Shown in pieces: positions 28,650 through 39,274 of a DNA stretch of 64,000 bases. The stretch lies in contig OY763927.2 in the NCBI GenBank assembly GCA_963667665.2, forward strand, positions 1,760,001 to 1,824,000, written 5' to 3'. The position numbers and the translations under genes were made by a program. The notes below the pieces were generated by a model that worked only from the letters and a program-made list of their open reading frames with translations, had not been told where the DNA came from and ran no database searches. Each line of letters opens with the position of its first letter. Position 1 is the stretch's first letter. The DNA is from Nitrosopumilus sp. (GTDB taxonomy: Archaea > Thermoproteota > Nitrososphaeria > Nitrososphaerales > Nitrosopumilaceae).

Positions 28650-30310
28650 TTGAATTATCATATACACGCCTTCAAAAATTAATTGGCAAGGTATCAAAAA
28701 AGCAAATTTCTGATTCCTTACCATTTCTTGGATTAGATATTGAATCAGAAAACAAAGACCTAATCCGAATTGAATATAGTCCTAACAGACCTGATTACTC
28801 AACTGATTTTGGAATTGCACTTGGATTGCAAGGATTACTTGGAATCAAAACTGGAGCAATTAAACTAAATGTGAAAAAATCAAAAAAGTATTCTATTTCT
28901 GTTAAGTCTGAAGTATCAAAAATTCGTCCTTTTGTAACTGGAATTGTTGCAACAAATGGAAAAATCGATGATAAAACAATTAAACAATTTATGACGATGC
29001 AAGAAGACCTTCATTTTGGAATAGGAAGAAAGAGAAAAAAATCATCAATAGGTATTCATGATTTAGATACAATTTCATTTCCACTTGTTTACACAACCAC
29101 AAATAGAGATTACAAATTCATTCCATTAAACTCTAAAAAAGAACTTTCAATTTCTGAAATTCTTGAAAATACTGATGTAGGAAAAGATTATGGTTCTATA
29201 CTTGGAAATTCACCCAAGGTACCTCTAATTTTAGATGCAAATCAACAAACAGTTTCTTTTCCACCAATAATCAATGCTGCAGTAACTACTATTACAACTA
29301 AAACAAAAAATCTCTTTGTTGAGGTAACTGGAATCAACAAAGAGGATGCTGAAGATATGCTTTCAGTTGTTGCAACCATTTTACAAAGTGCAGGTTTTAC
29401 TTTAGAATCAGTTCAAAATATAATATCAAAAACAATATCATCAAAATATTTAATTCAAAAGAAAATATCAAAAACAATATCATCAAAATATTTAATTCAA
29501 AAGAAAATATCAGTTGACTCTTCATTAATCAACCAAACACTTGGTTTGAATCTTAGCACTTCAGAGATTATTTCATCATTGAAAAAGTCTAGGATTGATG
29601 CATCAACTAAAGGCAAAAACATCATTTGTATAATTCCTACATATAGATTTGATATTTTTGGGCCAATGGATTTGGTAGAAGAAGTTGCTTTAGGATATGG
29701 AATCCAGAATCTTGAACCTATTTTATCACCTTCTCAAACACTTGGCCAAAAACATCCAATCTCTGTTAATTTACAATCAATTTCTTCTATTATGACTGGA
29801 TTAAGCTATATGGAAGCTCTAAATTCTAGCTTAACTAGTAAACGAATTCTTTATGATAATACAAAAAGAGATTCATCAAAAATTCTTTCAGTTTTAGATT
29901 CTAAAAGTCTTGAACATACTATTCTTAGAGATTCACTTCTTCCAGGATTAATTGATAGTCTAGCAAAAAATGTTCATGAATCATATCCTCAAAAATTATT
30001 TGAGGTAGGAACTATTTTTAATAAAACAAGTTCTGTAACTGAAGAAACTCATCTTTGTGCAACAAGCTCTCATAAAGATGCAAACTTTAGTGAGATGAAA
30101 TCTGTTTTACAATCTGTTATTCAATCAATATTTGGAAAAACTTGTGAAACAAAAACTACTATTCATCCAACTTTTGAAAAAGGGCATGTTGCAAACATCA
30201 CTGTAGATGGAAAAATTATTGGAATCATTGGAGAAATTAGTAAATCTACTAAAGACAACTTTAAGCTGAGAGAACCAATAGTTTCCTTTGAAATAAAACT
30301 ACCTGGTTAA
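28640..30310 (+). CDS. pheT: phenylalanine--tRNA ligase beta subunit
   Basis: PNRPDY, SFPPIIN, RFDI..DLVEEVALGYG. Confidence 0.96.
   Translation: MPVVELSYTRLQKLIGKVSKKQISDSLPFLGLDIESENKDLIRIEYSPNRPDYSTDFGIALGLQGLLGIKTGAIKLNVKKSKKYSISVKSEVSKIRPFVTGIVATNGKIDDKTIKQFMTMQEDLHFGIGRKRKKSSIGIHDLDTISFPLVYTTTNRDYKFIPLNSKKELSISEILENTDVGKDYGSILGNSPKVPLILDANQQTVSFPPIINAAVTTITTKTKNLFVEVTGINKEDAEDMLSVVATILQSAGFTLESVQNIISKTISSKYLIQKKISKTISSKYLIQKKISVDSSLINQTLGLNLSTSEIISSLKKSRIDASTKGKNIICIIPTYRFDIFGPMDLVEEVALGYGIQNLEPILSPSQTLGQKHPISVNLQSISSIMTGLSYMEALNSSLTSKRILYDNTKRDSSKILSVLDSKSLEHTILRDSLLPGLIDSLAKNVHESYPQKLFEVGTIFNKTSSVTEETHLCATSSHKDANFSEMKSVLQSVIQSIFGKTCETKTTIHPTFEKGHVANITVDGKIIGIIGEISKSTKDNFKLREPIVSFEIKLPG
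29422..29512 (+). repeat. 42-bp in-frame tandem duplication in pheT
   Basis: AATATCAAAAACAATATCATCAAAATATTTAATTCAAAAGAA x2 plus AATATCA. Confidence 0.9.
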
Positions 30311-30328
30311 TATTTGACCAAGTAGAAC

Positions 30329-30503
30329 ATTGTATGCCCTAAGAGCAACCATGCAGACGGATTGGGATGATGTTGATCGTAATGATACCAGTGATTTCTA
30401 ATTCACCCAGGCATGGCACATTAAGGGCGCCCCGGTTTCAGAACCCAAGGAGGTTTTGGCTAAAATACCAATGATCTTGTGCGAGTCAGAACCGGGGAAC
30501 AAT
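30329..30503 (+). ncRNA. probable H/ACA-like guide RNA with two hairpins and a K-turn
   Basis: Hairpin 1 GCCCT..CCATGC../..GCATGG..AGGGC; hairpin 2 CCCCGGTT../..AACCGGGG followed by ACA; K-turn CAAGGA/AATGATCTTG; TATA-like TTAATATT upstream. Confidence 0.65.
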
Positions 30504-30542
30504 TTCATTTTCCAAAAATAAAAAACCATAAAATGTCTATTT

Positions 30543-30980
30543 ATGATACAGAAAATTGAAATGATAAATTATTGGTTAGCAAAACAAGAACCTAGTGGAC
30601 CAAGAGCATATAATTTTGAACAACTAAAAAAAGAAAAAACAACTGTTTGGGATGGAATTCATAATAACCTTGCATTGAAGCATATGAAAGAAATGAAACC
30701 TAATGATCTTGTTTTGTTTTATCATACTGGTGATGAACGACAAGCTATGGGGATAATGCAAGTAACATCAAAACCATATCCTAACCCAAAAGAAGACAAT
30801 GAACGTTTTATTGTTGTAGATGTAAAGTACAAAAAAACATTGAAACGTCCAGTAACACTTGATGAAATGAAAAAAGAAAAAAAATTCAAAGATTGGGAAC
30901 TTATTAGAATTTCAAGATTATCTTTAATGCCTGTTCCAAAGCAAATTTGGGATGTAATATTGAATATTTCTCAAAACTGA
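30543..30980 (+). CDS. EVE domain protein
   Basis: YWLAKQEP..WDGIHN..MKPNDLVLFYH..RISRLS. Confidence 0.92.
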   Translation: MIQKIEMINYWLAKQEPSGPRAYNFEQLKKEKTTVWDGIHNNLALKHMKEMKPNDLVLFYHTGDERQAMGIMQVTSKPYPNPKEDNERFIVVDVKYKKTLKRPVTLDEMKKEKKFKDWELIRISRLSLMPVPKQIWDVILNISQN

Positions 30981-31024
30981 ATATAATCGGTTTATTGATA
31001 TAGTCGATTTGTTTTGATTGATTC

Positions 31025-31264
31025 ATGGCAACAGCTTATGTTTTAATAAACTGTGAACTAGGTTCAGAAGAAGCTATAATTCAGCAACTAAAGGGCTTAG
31101 AAGATGTTAAAGAAGTTCATGGAACTTTTGGTGCATACGATATTTTGGCCAAGATTGAATCTGATACTGTAGAAAAACTTAGAGAAACAATTACCTGGAA
31201 GATCAGAAAAATTGAAAAGATTCGTTCTACTCTTACCCTAATGGGTATTGAAGGTCAAACATAA
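31025..31264 (+). CDS. Lrp/AsnC ligand-binding domain protein
   Basis: AYVLINCELG..GAYDILAKIE..RSTLTL. Confidence 0.9.
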   Translation: MATAYVLINCELGSEEAIIQQLKGLEDVKEVHGTFGAYDILAKIESDTVEKLRETITWKIRKIEKIRSTLTLMGIEGQT

Positions 31265-31282
31265 ACACCCTTTTTTCTTATT

Positions 31283-31870
31283 ATGATTTTGCATTTTATT
31301 TTTGTTGTAAAAGAAGAAGATCGTGAAAAACGACAATTTGAATTTGAATATATTAAAAAAATGAGCCAGTTTTACAAGGTATGGATTAAAGAAAAATTTG
31401 GACAAGATTATGAAATTCAATGCGATGAATTAATTACAAAACCTAGAAGTGTTTTTCAGAGGCTTGACACACATACTCTTCTACGTGATCATGAACAAAG
31501 AGGCAATGACATTTACCATTTCTATCTAACTCATTTTAGACCATTCTGGACTGATTGTGCTGGTTGTGAAGGATATCATGCTGAAAATTTTGGAATGGTG
31601 TTATGGCAACCTCTTAAAGAATCAAATGATACATTGTTTCTTGCGGAAAAAAATTGTACTACTGTGTGTCATGAACTGCTTCATGAATTATTACGACTTT
31701 CTAAACATAAAAAATTCATTGAAGAAGTTCATGATATTTGGACAAAGCATTTGTTTGAACAACTAGAATTTGAACAATATGATGATGACTTTCAAAAAAC
31801 TGATGGTAAACCTATGTTTCTAACAATGGATACTTCACAATTAAATCTAGAAGATAATCTTTCAAATTAA
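31283..31870 (+). CDS. hypothetical protein with HExxH zincin-like motif
   Basis: TVCHELLHELLR. Confidence 0.65.
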   Translation: MILHFIFVVKEEDREKRQFEFEYIKKMSQFYKVWIKEKFGQDYEIQCDELITKPRSVFQRLDTHTLLRDHEQRGNDIYHFYLTHFRPFWTDCAGCEGYHAENFGMVLWQPLKESNDTLFLAEKNCTTVCHELLHELLRLSKHKKFIEEVHDIWTKHLFEQLEFEQYDDDFQKTDGKPMFLTMDTSQLNLEDNLSN

Positions 31871-32505
31871 CACTTTGTAACAGAATAGATATTGTTTTCA
31901 AAGTTTGCTGTTTTAAAATCTAACTTATTTTCAGGATCATTAGTTCTTGATTTGCTCAAGTTTTCAAGCTCTACTAATGCATCACCCCTAAAACCTACTG
32001 AAGAACCATAAATTCCATCTGTTAACATTGTTCCGTGTTCACCTTTCTTAATGTCATCTACCATTTCATAAAATCTTGCAGTTTCTTTTTTGTTAACAGG
32101 ATTACCTTTTGCTTTATTGTATGCAACAGCAATATACATCCCATTATTTTTAACTGCAACAGGAAGTTTATGATTTTTACCTGTTGCCCCTGGAATTGTT
32201 TCATTAACTAGAACTTCACATTTATGATACATGCTTGAAACATATGCATAGAATCTATACTGTGCATATTTTCCTGCGTCATCTACCGCACAACCAACAA
32301 AAACCTTGTGTAATAGTTCCAAAGCACTATCATTCATACTTTGTAATCTATCATCAATTCTGCCCCTTTCGAGAAGTTCTGATTTACATTCTTTAGCAAT
32401 CATTACTAGAATAAAATCAGGTAAATTGTAATTTTTGAGAGCAGCAACAAATGCACCTGCTTGTGACATTCCAAACTTAGGAAATCCCTTATTGACCATA
32501 TTCAT
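31867..32505 (-). CDS. conserved hypothetical protein
   Basis: 212-aa ORF; C-terminal half resembles a degenerate restriction-endonuclease-like fold (IPGATGKNHKLPVAV). Confidence 0.7.
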   Translation of the reverse strand: MNMVNKGFPKFGMSQAGAFVAALKNYNLPDFILVMIAKECKSELLERGRIDDRLQSMNDSALELLHKVFVGCAVDDAGKYAQYRFYAYVSSMYHKCEVLVNETIPGATGKNHKLPVAVKNNGMYIAVAYNKAKGNPVNKKETARFYEMVDDIKKGEHGTMLTDGIYGSSVGFRGDALVELENLSKSRTNDPENKLDFKTANFENNIYSVTKC

Positions 32506-32652
32506 ACCTCAATTTAGAAAAATTACAACTCCCCAATATTCAATTATAAATCTACATTTCGCTTATAATTGTTAAGAATTTTCATGTCTAATTGTATGGT
32601 TTTTCATGTTTAAATTGTAAAAATTAAATTTAGGATAAATTCATGTAATCTT

Positions 32653-34920
32653 GTGGACATAGATACTACTCCAGAACTTGTTTCATGTGTTTATCTGAAA
32701 TTAAAAGAAAACATAGAAAAATATAGAAACATAGTTGGAAAACCACTTACACTTACTGAAAAATTTTTATCTGGCCATCTTCATGAAATTAATAACAAAA
32801 GTTTTGTTGGTGGAAAAGATTATGTTTTTCTAAATCCTGATAGAGTTGCATTACAGGATGTTACAGGACAAATGGTAATGCTTCAGTTTATGCAAGCTGA
32901 ACTTAAACAAACATCTTTACCAACAACTGTACATTGTGATCATCTCATTAGAGCTGAAGTTCAAGGTGATGTTGACATGAAAGTTTCTCTTGATGAAAAT
33001 AGTGAAGTTTTCAAATTTTTACAATCTGCTTGTGCAAAATTTGGATGTGGTTTTTGGAAACCTGGTGCTGGAATTATTCACCAAGTGGTTTTTGAAAATT
33101 ATGCATTCCCTGGTGGTTTGATGATCGGCACAGATTCTCATACTCCAAACGCTGGTGGTCTTGGCATGATTGCTATTGGAGTAGGTGGATTAGATGCAGC
33201 CGAAACCATGGCAAATTTGCCTTGGGAATTACTCTATCCTAAACGAATTGGTGTGAAACTAACTGGGGAATTAAATGGATGGACAGCCCCTAAAGATATC
33301 ATACTCAAAGTTGCAGACGAATTAACAGTTTCTGGAGGTACTAATTCAATAATTGAATACTTTGGACCTGGAACAAAATCTATCAGTTCAACTGGTAAAG
33401 CTACAATTACTAATATGGGAGCTGAAATTGGTGCAACCTGTTCAATTTTCCCATATGACGAAAGAATGGAAACTTATCTGAAATATACTAACAGAGAAGA
33501 TATAGCTGAATTAGCAAATCAAAATAAAGAATTACTTGTTGCAGATCCTGAAGTTGAAGGAAATCCTGAAAACTTTTTTGATAAAGTAATTGAAATTAAT
33601 CTTTCAACATTAGAACCCCATATTGTTGGACCTCACACTCCTGATTTAGCAAGAACAATTTCTAATCTAGCTGATGATGTGAAATCCAATGATTATGTTG
33701 ATCAAATTTCTGTTGCATTAGTTGGTAGTTGTACTAATTCCTCTTATGAGGATATGTCAAGAGCAGCAAGCATAGCTGAACAGGCAAAAGCAAAAGGAAT
33801 CAAAGCTAAAATCCCATTACTAGTTACTCCAGGTTCTGAACAGATTCGAGGAACTATAGAAAGAGATGGACAAATGAATTCACTTAAAGAAATTGGTGCA
33901 ACTGTTTTAGCAAATGCATGTGGTCCTTGTATTGGACAATGGAACAGACCTGAATTAGATAAAGATCAAAAAAATACTATTGTTACAACATATAACAGAA
34001 ATTTTCCAGGAAGAAATGACGGTCGTAGAAGTACTTTAAACTTCATTGGCAGTCCTGAAATGATTATTGCCTTAGCTTTGGGAGGAAAACTTTCCTTTAA
34101 CCCACTAAAAGATGAACTAACTGCAGCTGATGGAACAAAATTCAAACTTGAACCACCAAAACTAGCACCTGAAGTTCCTAAAGACGGTTTTATGATACCT
34201 GAGGGAATTTTTGTTTCACCACCAAAAACTTCTGATGATATTGAAGTCATTATTGATCCTAACAGCAAAAGACTACAGCGTTTAGAACCTTTTCAAAAAT
34301 GGAATGGAAAAGATTTTGAAGAAATTCCAATAATGGTAAAGGCCAAGGGTAAATGTACTACAGATCATATCTCCCCTGCAGGTGCATGGTTATCACTTCG
34401 AGGACATTTGGATAACCTAAGCGATAATATGCTCATGGGTGCAGTTAATGCATTTAATGATGAAGTAGGCCAAGGTAAGAATATTCTAAATAATCAACTT
34501 GAACCATTTTCACAAATTGCAAGACAGTATAAAGAAAAACAAATGAGTTGGGTGATTATTGGTGATAATAATTATGGTGAAGGTAGCAGTAGAGAACACG
34601 CTGCCATGTCTCCTAGATATTTGGGATGTGTTGCAGTAATTACCAAAAGTTTAGCTAGAATACATGAAACTAATCTGAAAAAACAAGGAATTTTGGCACT
34701 GACCTTTAGCAACACTGATGATTATGAAAAAATTCTTGAAGATGATAAAATTAGTTTAGTTGATTTGAATGATTTAGAACCCGACAAACAAGTCAAATGT
34801 ATTATTTCACATAGTAATGGAAGCAAAGAAGAAATTTTGTTGAACCATTCATACAACAAATCCCAAATTGAATGGTTCAAAGCTGGTTCTGCACTAAATG
34901 TTTTGAAAAATAACAAATAG
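32653..34920 (+). CDS. acnA: aconitate hydratase
   Basis: HCDHLI, GTDSHT, GSCTNS, NACGPCIG, TTDHISPAG, YGEGSSREHA. Confidence 0.96.
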   Translation: MDIDTTPELVSCVYLKLKENIEKYRNIVGKPLTLTEKFLSGHLHEINNKSFVGGKDYVFLNPDRVALQDVTGQMVMLQFMQAELKQTSLPTTVHCDHLIRAEVQGDVDMKVSLDENSEVFKFLQSACAKFGCGFWKPGAGIIHQVVFENYAFPGGLMIGTDSHTPNAGGLGMIAIGVGGLDAAETMANLPWELLYPKRIGVKLTGELNGWTAPKDIILKVADELTVSGGTNSIIEYFGPGTKSISSTGKATITNMGAEIGATCSIFPYDERMETYLKYTNREDIAELANQNKELLVADPEVEGNPENFFDKVIEINLSTLEPHIVGPHTPDLARTISNLADDVKSNDYVDQISVALVGSCTNSSYEDMSRAASIAEQAKAKGIKAKIPLLVTPGSEQIRGTIERDGQMNSLKEIGATVLANACGPCIGQWNRPELDKDQKNTIVTTYNRNFPGRNDGRRSTLNFIGSPEMIIALALGGKLSFNPLKDELTAADGTKFKLEPPKLAPEVPKDGFMIPEGIFVSPPKTSDDIEVIIDPNSKRLQRLEPFQKWNGKDFEEIPIMVKAKGKCTTDHISPAGAWLSLRGHLDNLSDNMLMGAVNAFNDEVGQGKNILNNQLEPFSQIARQYKEKQMSWVIIGDNNYGEGSSREHAAMSPRYLGCVAVITKSLARIHETNLKKQGILALTFSNTDDYEKILEDDKISLVDLNDLEPDKQVKCIISHSNGSKEEILLNHSYNKSQIEWFKAGSALNVLKNNK

Positions 34921-34931
34921 AATTTCTAACG

Positions 34932-35084
34932 TGGGGCCGACCGGAATTGAACCGGCGACCTACGGGTCACTACAGCTCCAAACTTACATCATCCGTGAGT
35001 CAGTTTAGCTTAGTTTACCTCTGGAGCCCTTAGCGGTGATCTAATCGTAGACACTGTCGCCCTACCAGGCTAGGCTACGACCCC
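34932..35084 (-). tRNA. tRNA-Trp(CCA) with two introns (35055-35030 at 28/29, 35020-34968 at 37/38)
   Basis: Spliced anticodon arm ACGGG-CTCCAGA-CCCGT; BHB-like motif GGCG-ACA / CGCT-AAG predicts the 26-nt intron exactly. Confidence 0.9.
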
Positions 35085-35174
35085 ACGAACAAGAATGAAA
35101 TAGACTTGAATTTTAAGTTATTTTTAACCAATCTTTATTTGTGATTAACAAGAATTTGTAATTGTTAATCGATC

Positions 35175-35708
35175 ATGGTAAAGCCAATTCATTATGCATT
35201 AGGTGCGATTCCAGTAATTGTAGCACTCTTGATCTCAGTTCCATTACTTACAAAAAATGAAATTCCAATTTCTGCAGCTAATTCTTTTGATTATTTAGAA
35301 ATTGAATATACAAAACATCAATTAAAGAAAATTTCTAATGGTGTTACAGAAAGGATTGGTGCTCAAAAAACTGAAATTCTTTACATTAAAAATGATGGTA
35401 CTCTCAAATACTCTGTTACAGAACTAGGATATCTCCAACCTGATATTCGGTCCAAATTGGATGAAAAAAAACTAAACAAAATTAGAGCATTGATAAAAGA
35501 AACTGGTTTCATAGCAATTCCATCAGAATCATTTTCAATTCTAGAAAGTGTAACTGAATATCAAAAATCAAATGTTAAAGTTACTCTTAATGGACAAGTC
35601 AATCAAATTTATTGGCCTGAACAAAATGCTACGTCACAAGTCATTCCTCCAATAATTACTATGGTTGAATATGAACTAGATCAGATAATATCTAAAATTA
35701 GTGAATAA
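35175..35708 (+). CDS. membrane-anchored hypothetical protein
   Basis: N-terminal TM/signal segment. Confidence 0.7.
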   Translation: MVKPIHYALGAIPVIVALLISVPLLTKNEIPISAANSFDYLEIEYTKHQLKKISNGVTERIGAQKTEILYIKNDGTLKYSVTELGYLQPDIRSKLDEKKLNKIRALIKETGFIAIPSESFSILESVTEYQKSNVKVTLNGQVNQIYWPEQNATSQVIPPIITMVEYELDQIISKISE

Positions 35709-35738
35709 GTACAAATAACCTCTAGTAAAAATTAGATC

Positions 35739-36707
35739 ATGCTCTCATTATCAGGTGACCGACATGACGCTAAGGGTATAGTTTCAGAAAAAATAAACTC
35801 TGTTGATATTTTACGTGGATCATCTACTCTCAAACGAGGTTTTGCTCATATGTTAAAGAATGGAGTTGTAATGGATGTTACAACAGTAGAGCAAGCTCAA
35901 ATTGCTGAAGAAGCTGGAGCAGTTTCTGTAATGGTTTTAGATAAACTTCCGTCTGATGTTAGAAAAGCAGGAGGTGTTGCAAGAACTGCAAGCATTAGAA
36001 TTATTGAAGATATTATGAACTCAGTTACAATTCCAGTTATGGCAAAATGTAGAATTGGTCACGTTAATGAAGCACTAGTTCTACAAGAAACTGATGTAGA
36101 CATGATTGATGAATCTGAAGTTTTAACTCCTGCTGATGAGACTCATCACATTTGGAAATGGGATTTCACAACACCTATTGTTAATGGTGCAAGATCTTTA
36201 GCAGAAGCTTTACGAAGAATTGAAGAAGGTGCAGCAATGATTAGAACAAAAGGTGAACCTGGAACTGGAAATGTTGCAGAAGCTATTACTCATATTAAAA
36301 AAGTAAATGATGAATTAAGAACAATCAAGTCAATTTATGATTCTGGTGATAATCAAGATTTAGTTAGAATTGCAAGAGAATTCAAAGTATCATATGATAT
36401 TGTTGAACAAACCGCAAAACTTGGAAGACTACCTGTTGTAAATTTTGCTGCTGGTGGAATTGCAACTCCTGCTGATGCAGCATATCTGATGTCTCTTGGT
36501 TGTGATGGAATCTTTGTTGGTTCTGGAATTTTTAATGCAGATGATGCACCAGAAAGGGCAAGAGCAATAGTTTTAGCTACTACTTTTTGGAATGAATCTG
36601 AAAAAGTCAAAGAGGCTCAAAAAATGATTGATGAAAGACAATCTATGTTAGGATTAGATGTGAAAACACTAGAATTACGGATGCAAGATCGTGGAGGTTC
36701 TTCATGA
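35739..36707 (+). CDS. pdxS: pyridoxal 5'-phosphate synthase lyase subunit
   Basis: [34 protein letters not shown]. Confidence 0.97.
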   Translation: MLSLSGDRHDAKGIVSEKINSVDILRGSSTLKRGFAHMLKNGVVMDVTTVEQAQIAEEAGAVSVMVLDKLPSDVRKAGGVARTASIRIIEDIMNSVTIPVMAKCRIGHVNEALVLQETDVDMIDESEVLTPADETHHIWKWDFTTPIVNGARSLAEALRRIEEGAAMIRTKGEPGTGNVAEAITHIKKVNDELRTIKSIYDSGDNQDLVRIAREFKVSYDIVEQTAKLGRLPVVNFAAGGIATPADAAYLMSLGCDGIFVGSGIFNADDAPERARAIVLATTFWNESEKVKEAQKMIDERQSMLGLDVKTLELRMQDRGGSS

Positions 36708-37321
36708 GTCTTAATGTTGGAATCTTGTCTATACAAGGTGATGTTCAAGAAAATCTCATATCTACCAGAGCTGCTCTTGATGAATTGGGAATTGATGGAA
36801 AAGTAACTGATGTAAAAACCCCTGAAGAAATCTCTCAATTAGATGGATTGATAATCCCTGGTGGAGAAAGTACCACTATTGGCCAACTTTCCTTGGTAAA
36901 TGGTTCGATGAAGGTCTTGAAAGAAAAAATTGAAAGTGGAATGCCTGTGCTTGGAATTTGTGCTGGTATGATTATGCTCTCAAAAACAGCTGATGATCGT
37001 GTTGTTGGAAAAACTGATCAACCTCTTTTAGATATTCTTGATATCAAATTAGAAAGAAATTCCTTTGGACGACAAAAAGAATCCTTTGAAGCTGATATAT
37101 CTATGGATTCGATAAGTATTCCAAAATTTAATGGAGTCTTCATTAGAGCACCATCTGTTTCAGATGTTGGTTCTGATATAGAAGTTCTATCAAAATTTAA
37201 TGATCGAATAGTTGCAGTCAAAAAAGATAATGTAATTGGTACTGCATTTCATCCTGAACTCACTAAAGATATTTCATTACACAAGTTCTTTGTGAATCTT
37301 GTCAATTCTACAAAAACTTAA
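36704..37321 (+). CDS. pdxT: pyridoxal 5'-phosphate synthase glutaminase subunit
   Basis: [22 protein letters not shown]. Confidence 0.97.
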   Translation: MSLNVGILSIQGDVQENLISTRAALDELGIDGKVTDVKTPEEISQLDGLIIPGGESTTIGQLSLVNGSMKVLKEKIESGMPVLGICAGMIMLSKTADDRVVGKTDQPLLDILDIKLERNSFGRQKESFEADISMDSISIPKFNGVFIRAPSVSDVGSDIEVLSKFNDRIVAVKKDNVIGTAFHPELTKDISLHKFFVNLVNSTKT

Positions 37322-37379
37322 TCCATAATGATGAATACTGAGCAATTCTTTTTAACGATAATTTAGTCGAGCTTGTAAA

Positions 37380-38570
37380 ATGGACAAAAAATTTGTATTA
37401 TTTGGTATTTTGGCCTCAATTTTGATCGGTGGCTCTTTTGGAATATTTACCATTGAAGATTCATTTGCTCAAAATCTCTATGTAAGTAGAGATGATTCTG
37501 AAGCGTATAAAAAACAACAAGAAAAAGCTGAAGAGGAAAAGAGAAAAGCTGAAGAACGAAAACTAAAAGCTGAAGAAAAACGTAAAGAATTAGAAGAAAA
37601 ACAAGAAGAACGAAAACTAAAAGCTGAAGAAAGAAAATTACGAGCTGAAGAAAAAGCTGAAGAAAGAAAATTACGAGCTGAAGAAAAACTTAAAAAATTA
37701 GAAGAAAGAAAAGTAAAACTTGAATTAGATAGAAAGAGACTTGAAGAAAAATTATTAGAAAAAGCAAACAAGTATGAAGAAAAATTAAGAGAAATTAAAG
37801 AAAAATATGAAAAGAAAATTGAATTAAAATTTTCAGATGATATTGAAAAATTTTCTGCTGCTACAGCAAAATTAGAGGATAAACTTGCTGAAAAATCAAT
37901 AAAATTAGAGGATAAACTTGCTAAAAAATCAGAAAAAATTCGTGAAAAACTATTAGAAAGATCAGAAAAACTAGATTCTCGAACTCAAAAAATTCTTGAT
38001 AAAATTAACAAAGGTAATTACTTAGGTGAGAAAATTGGTTCTTCTGTAGTCTCTGAAACTTACGAACTTGTTTTTGATTCAGTTGATGCTACAGCAATTA
38101 GTGATAAAACCAAAACATCCTCTCTTAGTGGATTTATGAGTTTTACAACTTTTGACAAAGGCAAGTCTAATCTGAAATTAGAATTACAAGAATGCCAAAT
38201 TACAGTTGGTGACATGCCTTACAATTGTGGTTTTGGTAAAGCAAGAACTACATCTTCAGGTGATTCCGGACTAAAAGATTCTCTTGTTATAATTGCATTT
38301 TTAGAAGATGATCTTCTTGAAGAAGTGCATTCTACGCTTAAAATTTTCTTAAATGCTGATACATCTATTAGCGATATTGATGGTTCATCTCAAGTTACAA
38401 TACTAGGACCTCAAAGTAAAATTTCTCATATGTGGTTCTTAGATGGAACAGGAACTTTAACCAAAACAATTTCAGTTTTAGATGACTCAACAGATGACTC
38501 AACAGATGACTCAACAGGTAATGAAATATCCGTTGAGTTAGATGAATCTATAGATATTACCGGCAATTGA
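37380..38570 (+). CDS. exported E/K-rich coiled-coil protein
   Basis: Signal peptide (SFA|Q), AEERKL repeats, C-terminal beta domain, GATGACTCAACA x3 at 38481-38516. Confidence 0.75.
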   Translation: MDKKFVLFGILASILIGGSFGIFTIEDSFAQNLYVSRDDSEAYKKQQEKAEEEKRKAEERKLKAEEKRKELEEKQEERKLKAEERKLRAEEKAEERKLRAEEKLKKLEERKVKLELDRKRLEEKLLEKANKYEEKLREIKEKYEKKIELKFSDDIEKFSAATAKLEDKLAEKSIKLEDKLAKKSEKIREKLLERSEKLDSRTQKILDKINKGNYLGEKIGSSVVSETYELVFDSVDATAISDKTKTSSLSGFMSFTTFDKGKSNLKLELQECQITVGDMPYNCGFGKARTTSSGDSGLKDSLVIIAFLEDDLLEEVHSTLKIFLNADTSISDIDGSSQVTILGPQSKISHMWFLDGTGTLTKTISVLDDSTDDSTDDSTGNEISVELDESIDITGN

Positions 38571-39268
38571 GAATGATTCACAAAAATTCTCTTTATTTTC
38601 TTGGTTTAATCTTTTCAATACTTTTGATTCCCTTATCATCTCAATTTTCTTATGGAGACATAGGTTCCATTTCTGTTGATTCATTTAATGTTGATTATAA
38701 TATTGAGAATGGAAACATTGAATCAATATTCTTAGATCCAGATTTTGTTGAATTAATTATTACTATGGATACTAGTGCAGATGGAATCATAGAAATTACT
38801 ATTCCAAGAACTCTGCTTGATGCAAAATTTGATTCCTCTGATGATATCTTTTTCATTTTAGTTGATGGTTTTGAAACCGATTATGTAGAAATAGAATCTA
38901 CATCAAGTTCTAGAACACTTGTTATTCCCTTCTTTGGTGGTGATTCTATTATTGATATAATTGGAACCGATGCACTTAATCCATTTTTAATAGAAACTGA
39001 AATAGAAATCCCATTTTGGATTAAGAATAATGCAGGATGGTGGGCAGACGATGCAATTGATGATGAAACATTTGTTCAAGGAATTCAATATTTGATTAAT
39101 GAAGAAATAATGAATATTCCTCAAACTGAATCAGGAGAATCTACTGGAAATGATATTCCATCTTGGATTAAAAATAATGCTGGATGGTGGGCAGAAGATG
39201 CAATTGATGATGAAACATTTGTACAGGCAATTCAATATTTGATTACAAATGGCATAATGCAAGTGTAA
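38567..39268 (+). CDS. exported protein with IPxWIKNNAGWW repeats
   Basis: Signal peptide, ITIPRTLLDA..FFILVDG domain, duplicated C-terminal unit. Confidence 0.8.
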   Translation: MRMIHKNSLYFLGLIFSILLIPLSSQFSYGDIGSISVDSFNVDYNIENGNIESIFLDPDFVELIITMDTSADGIIEITIPRTLLDAKFDSSDDIFFILVDGFETDYVEIESTSSSRTLVIPFFGGDSIIDIIGTDALNPFLIETEIEIPFWIKNNAGWWADDAIDDETFVQGIQYLINEEIMNIPQTESGESTGNDIPSWIKNNAGWWAEDAIDDETFVQAIQYLITNGIMQV

Positions 39269-39274
39269 TTAGGC

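Noticed and set aside
30329-30503. SRP RNA or RNase P RNA
   Set aside because: Too short, and lacks the SRP helix-8 CAGG..GGAA..AGCA and RNase P GAGGAAAGTCC signatures.
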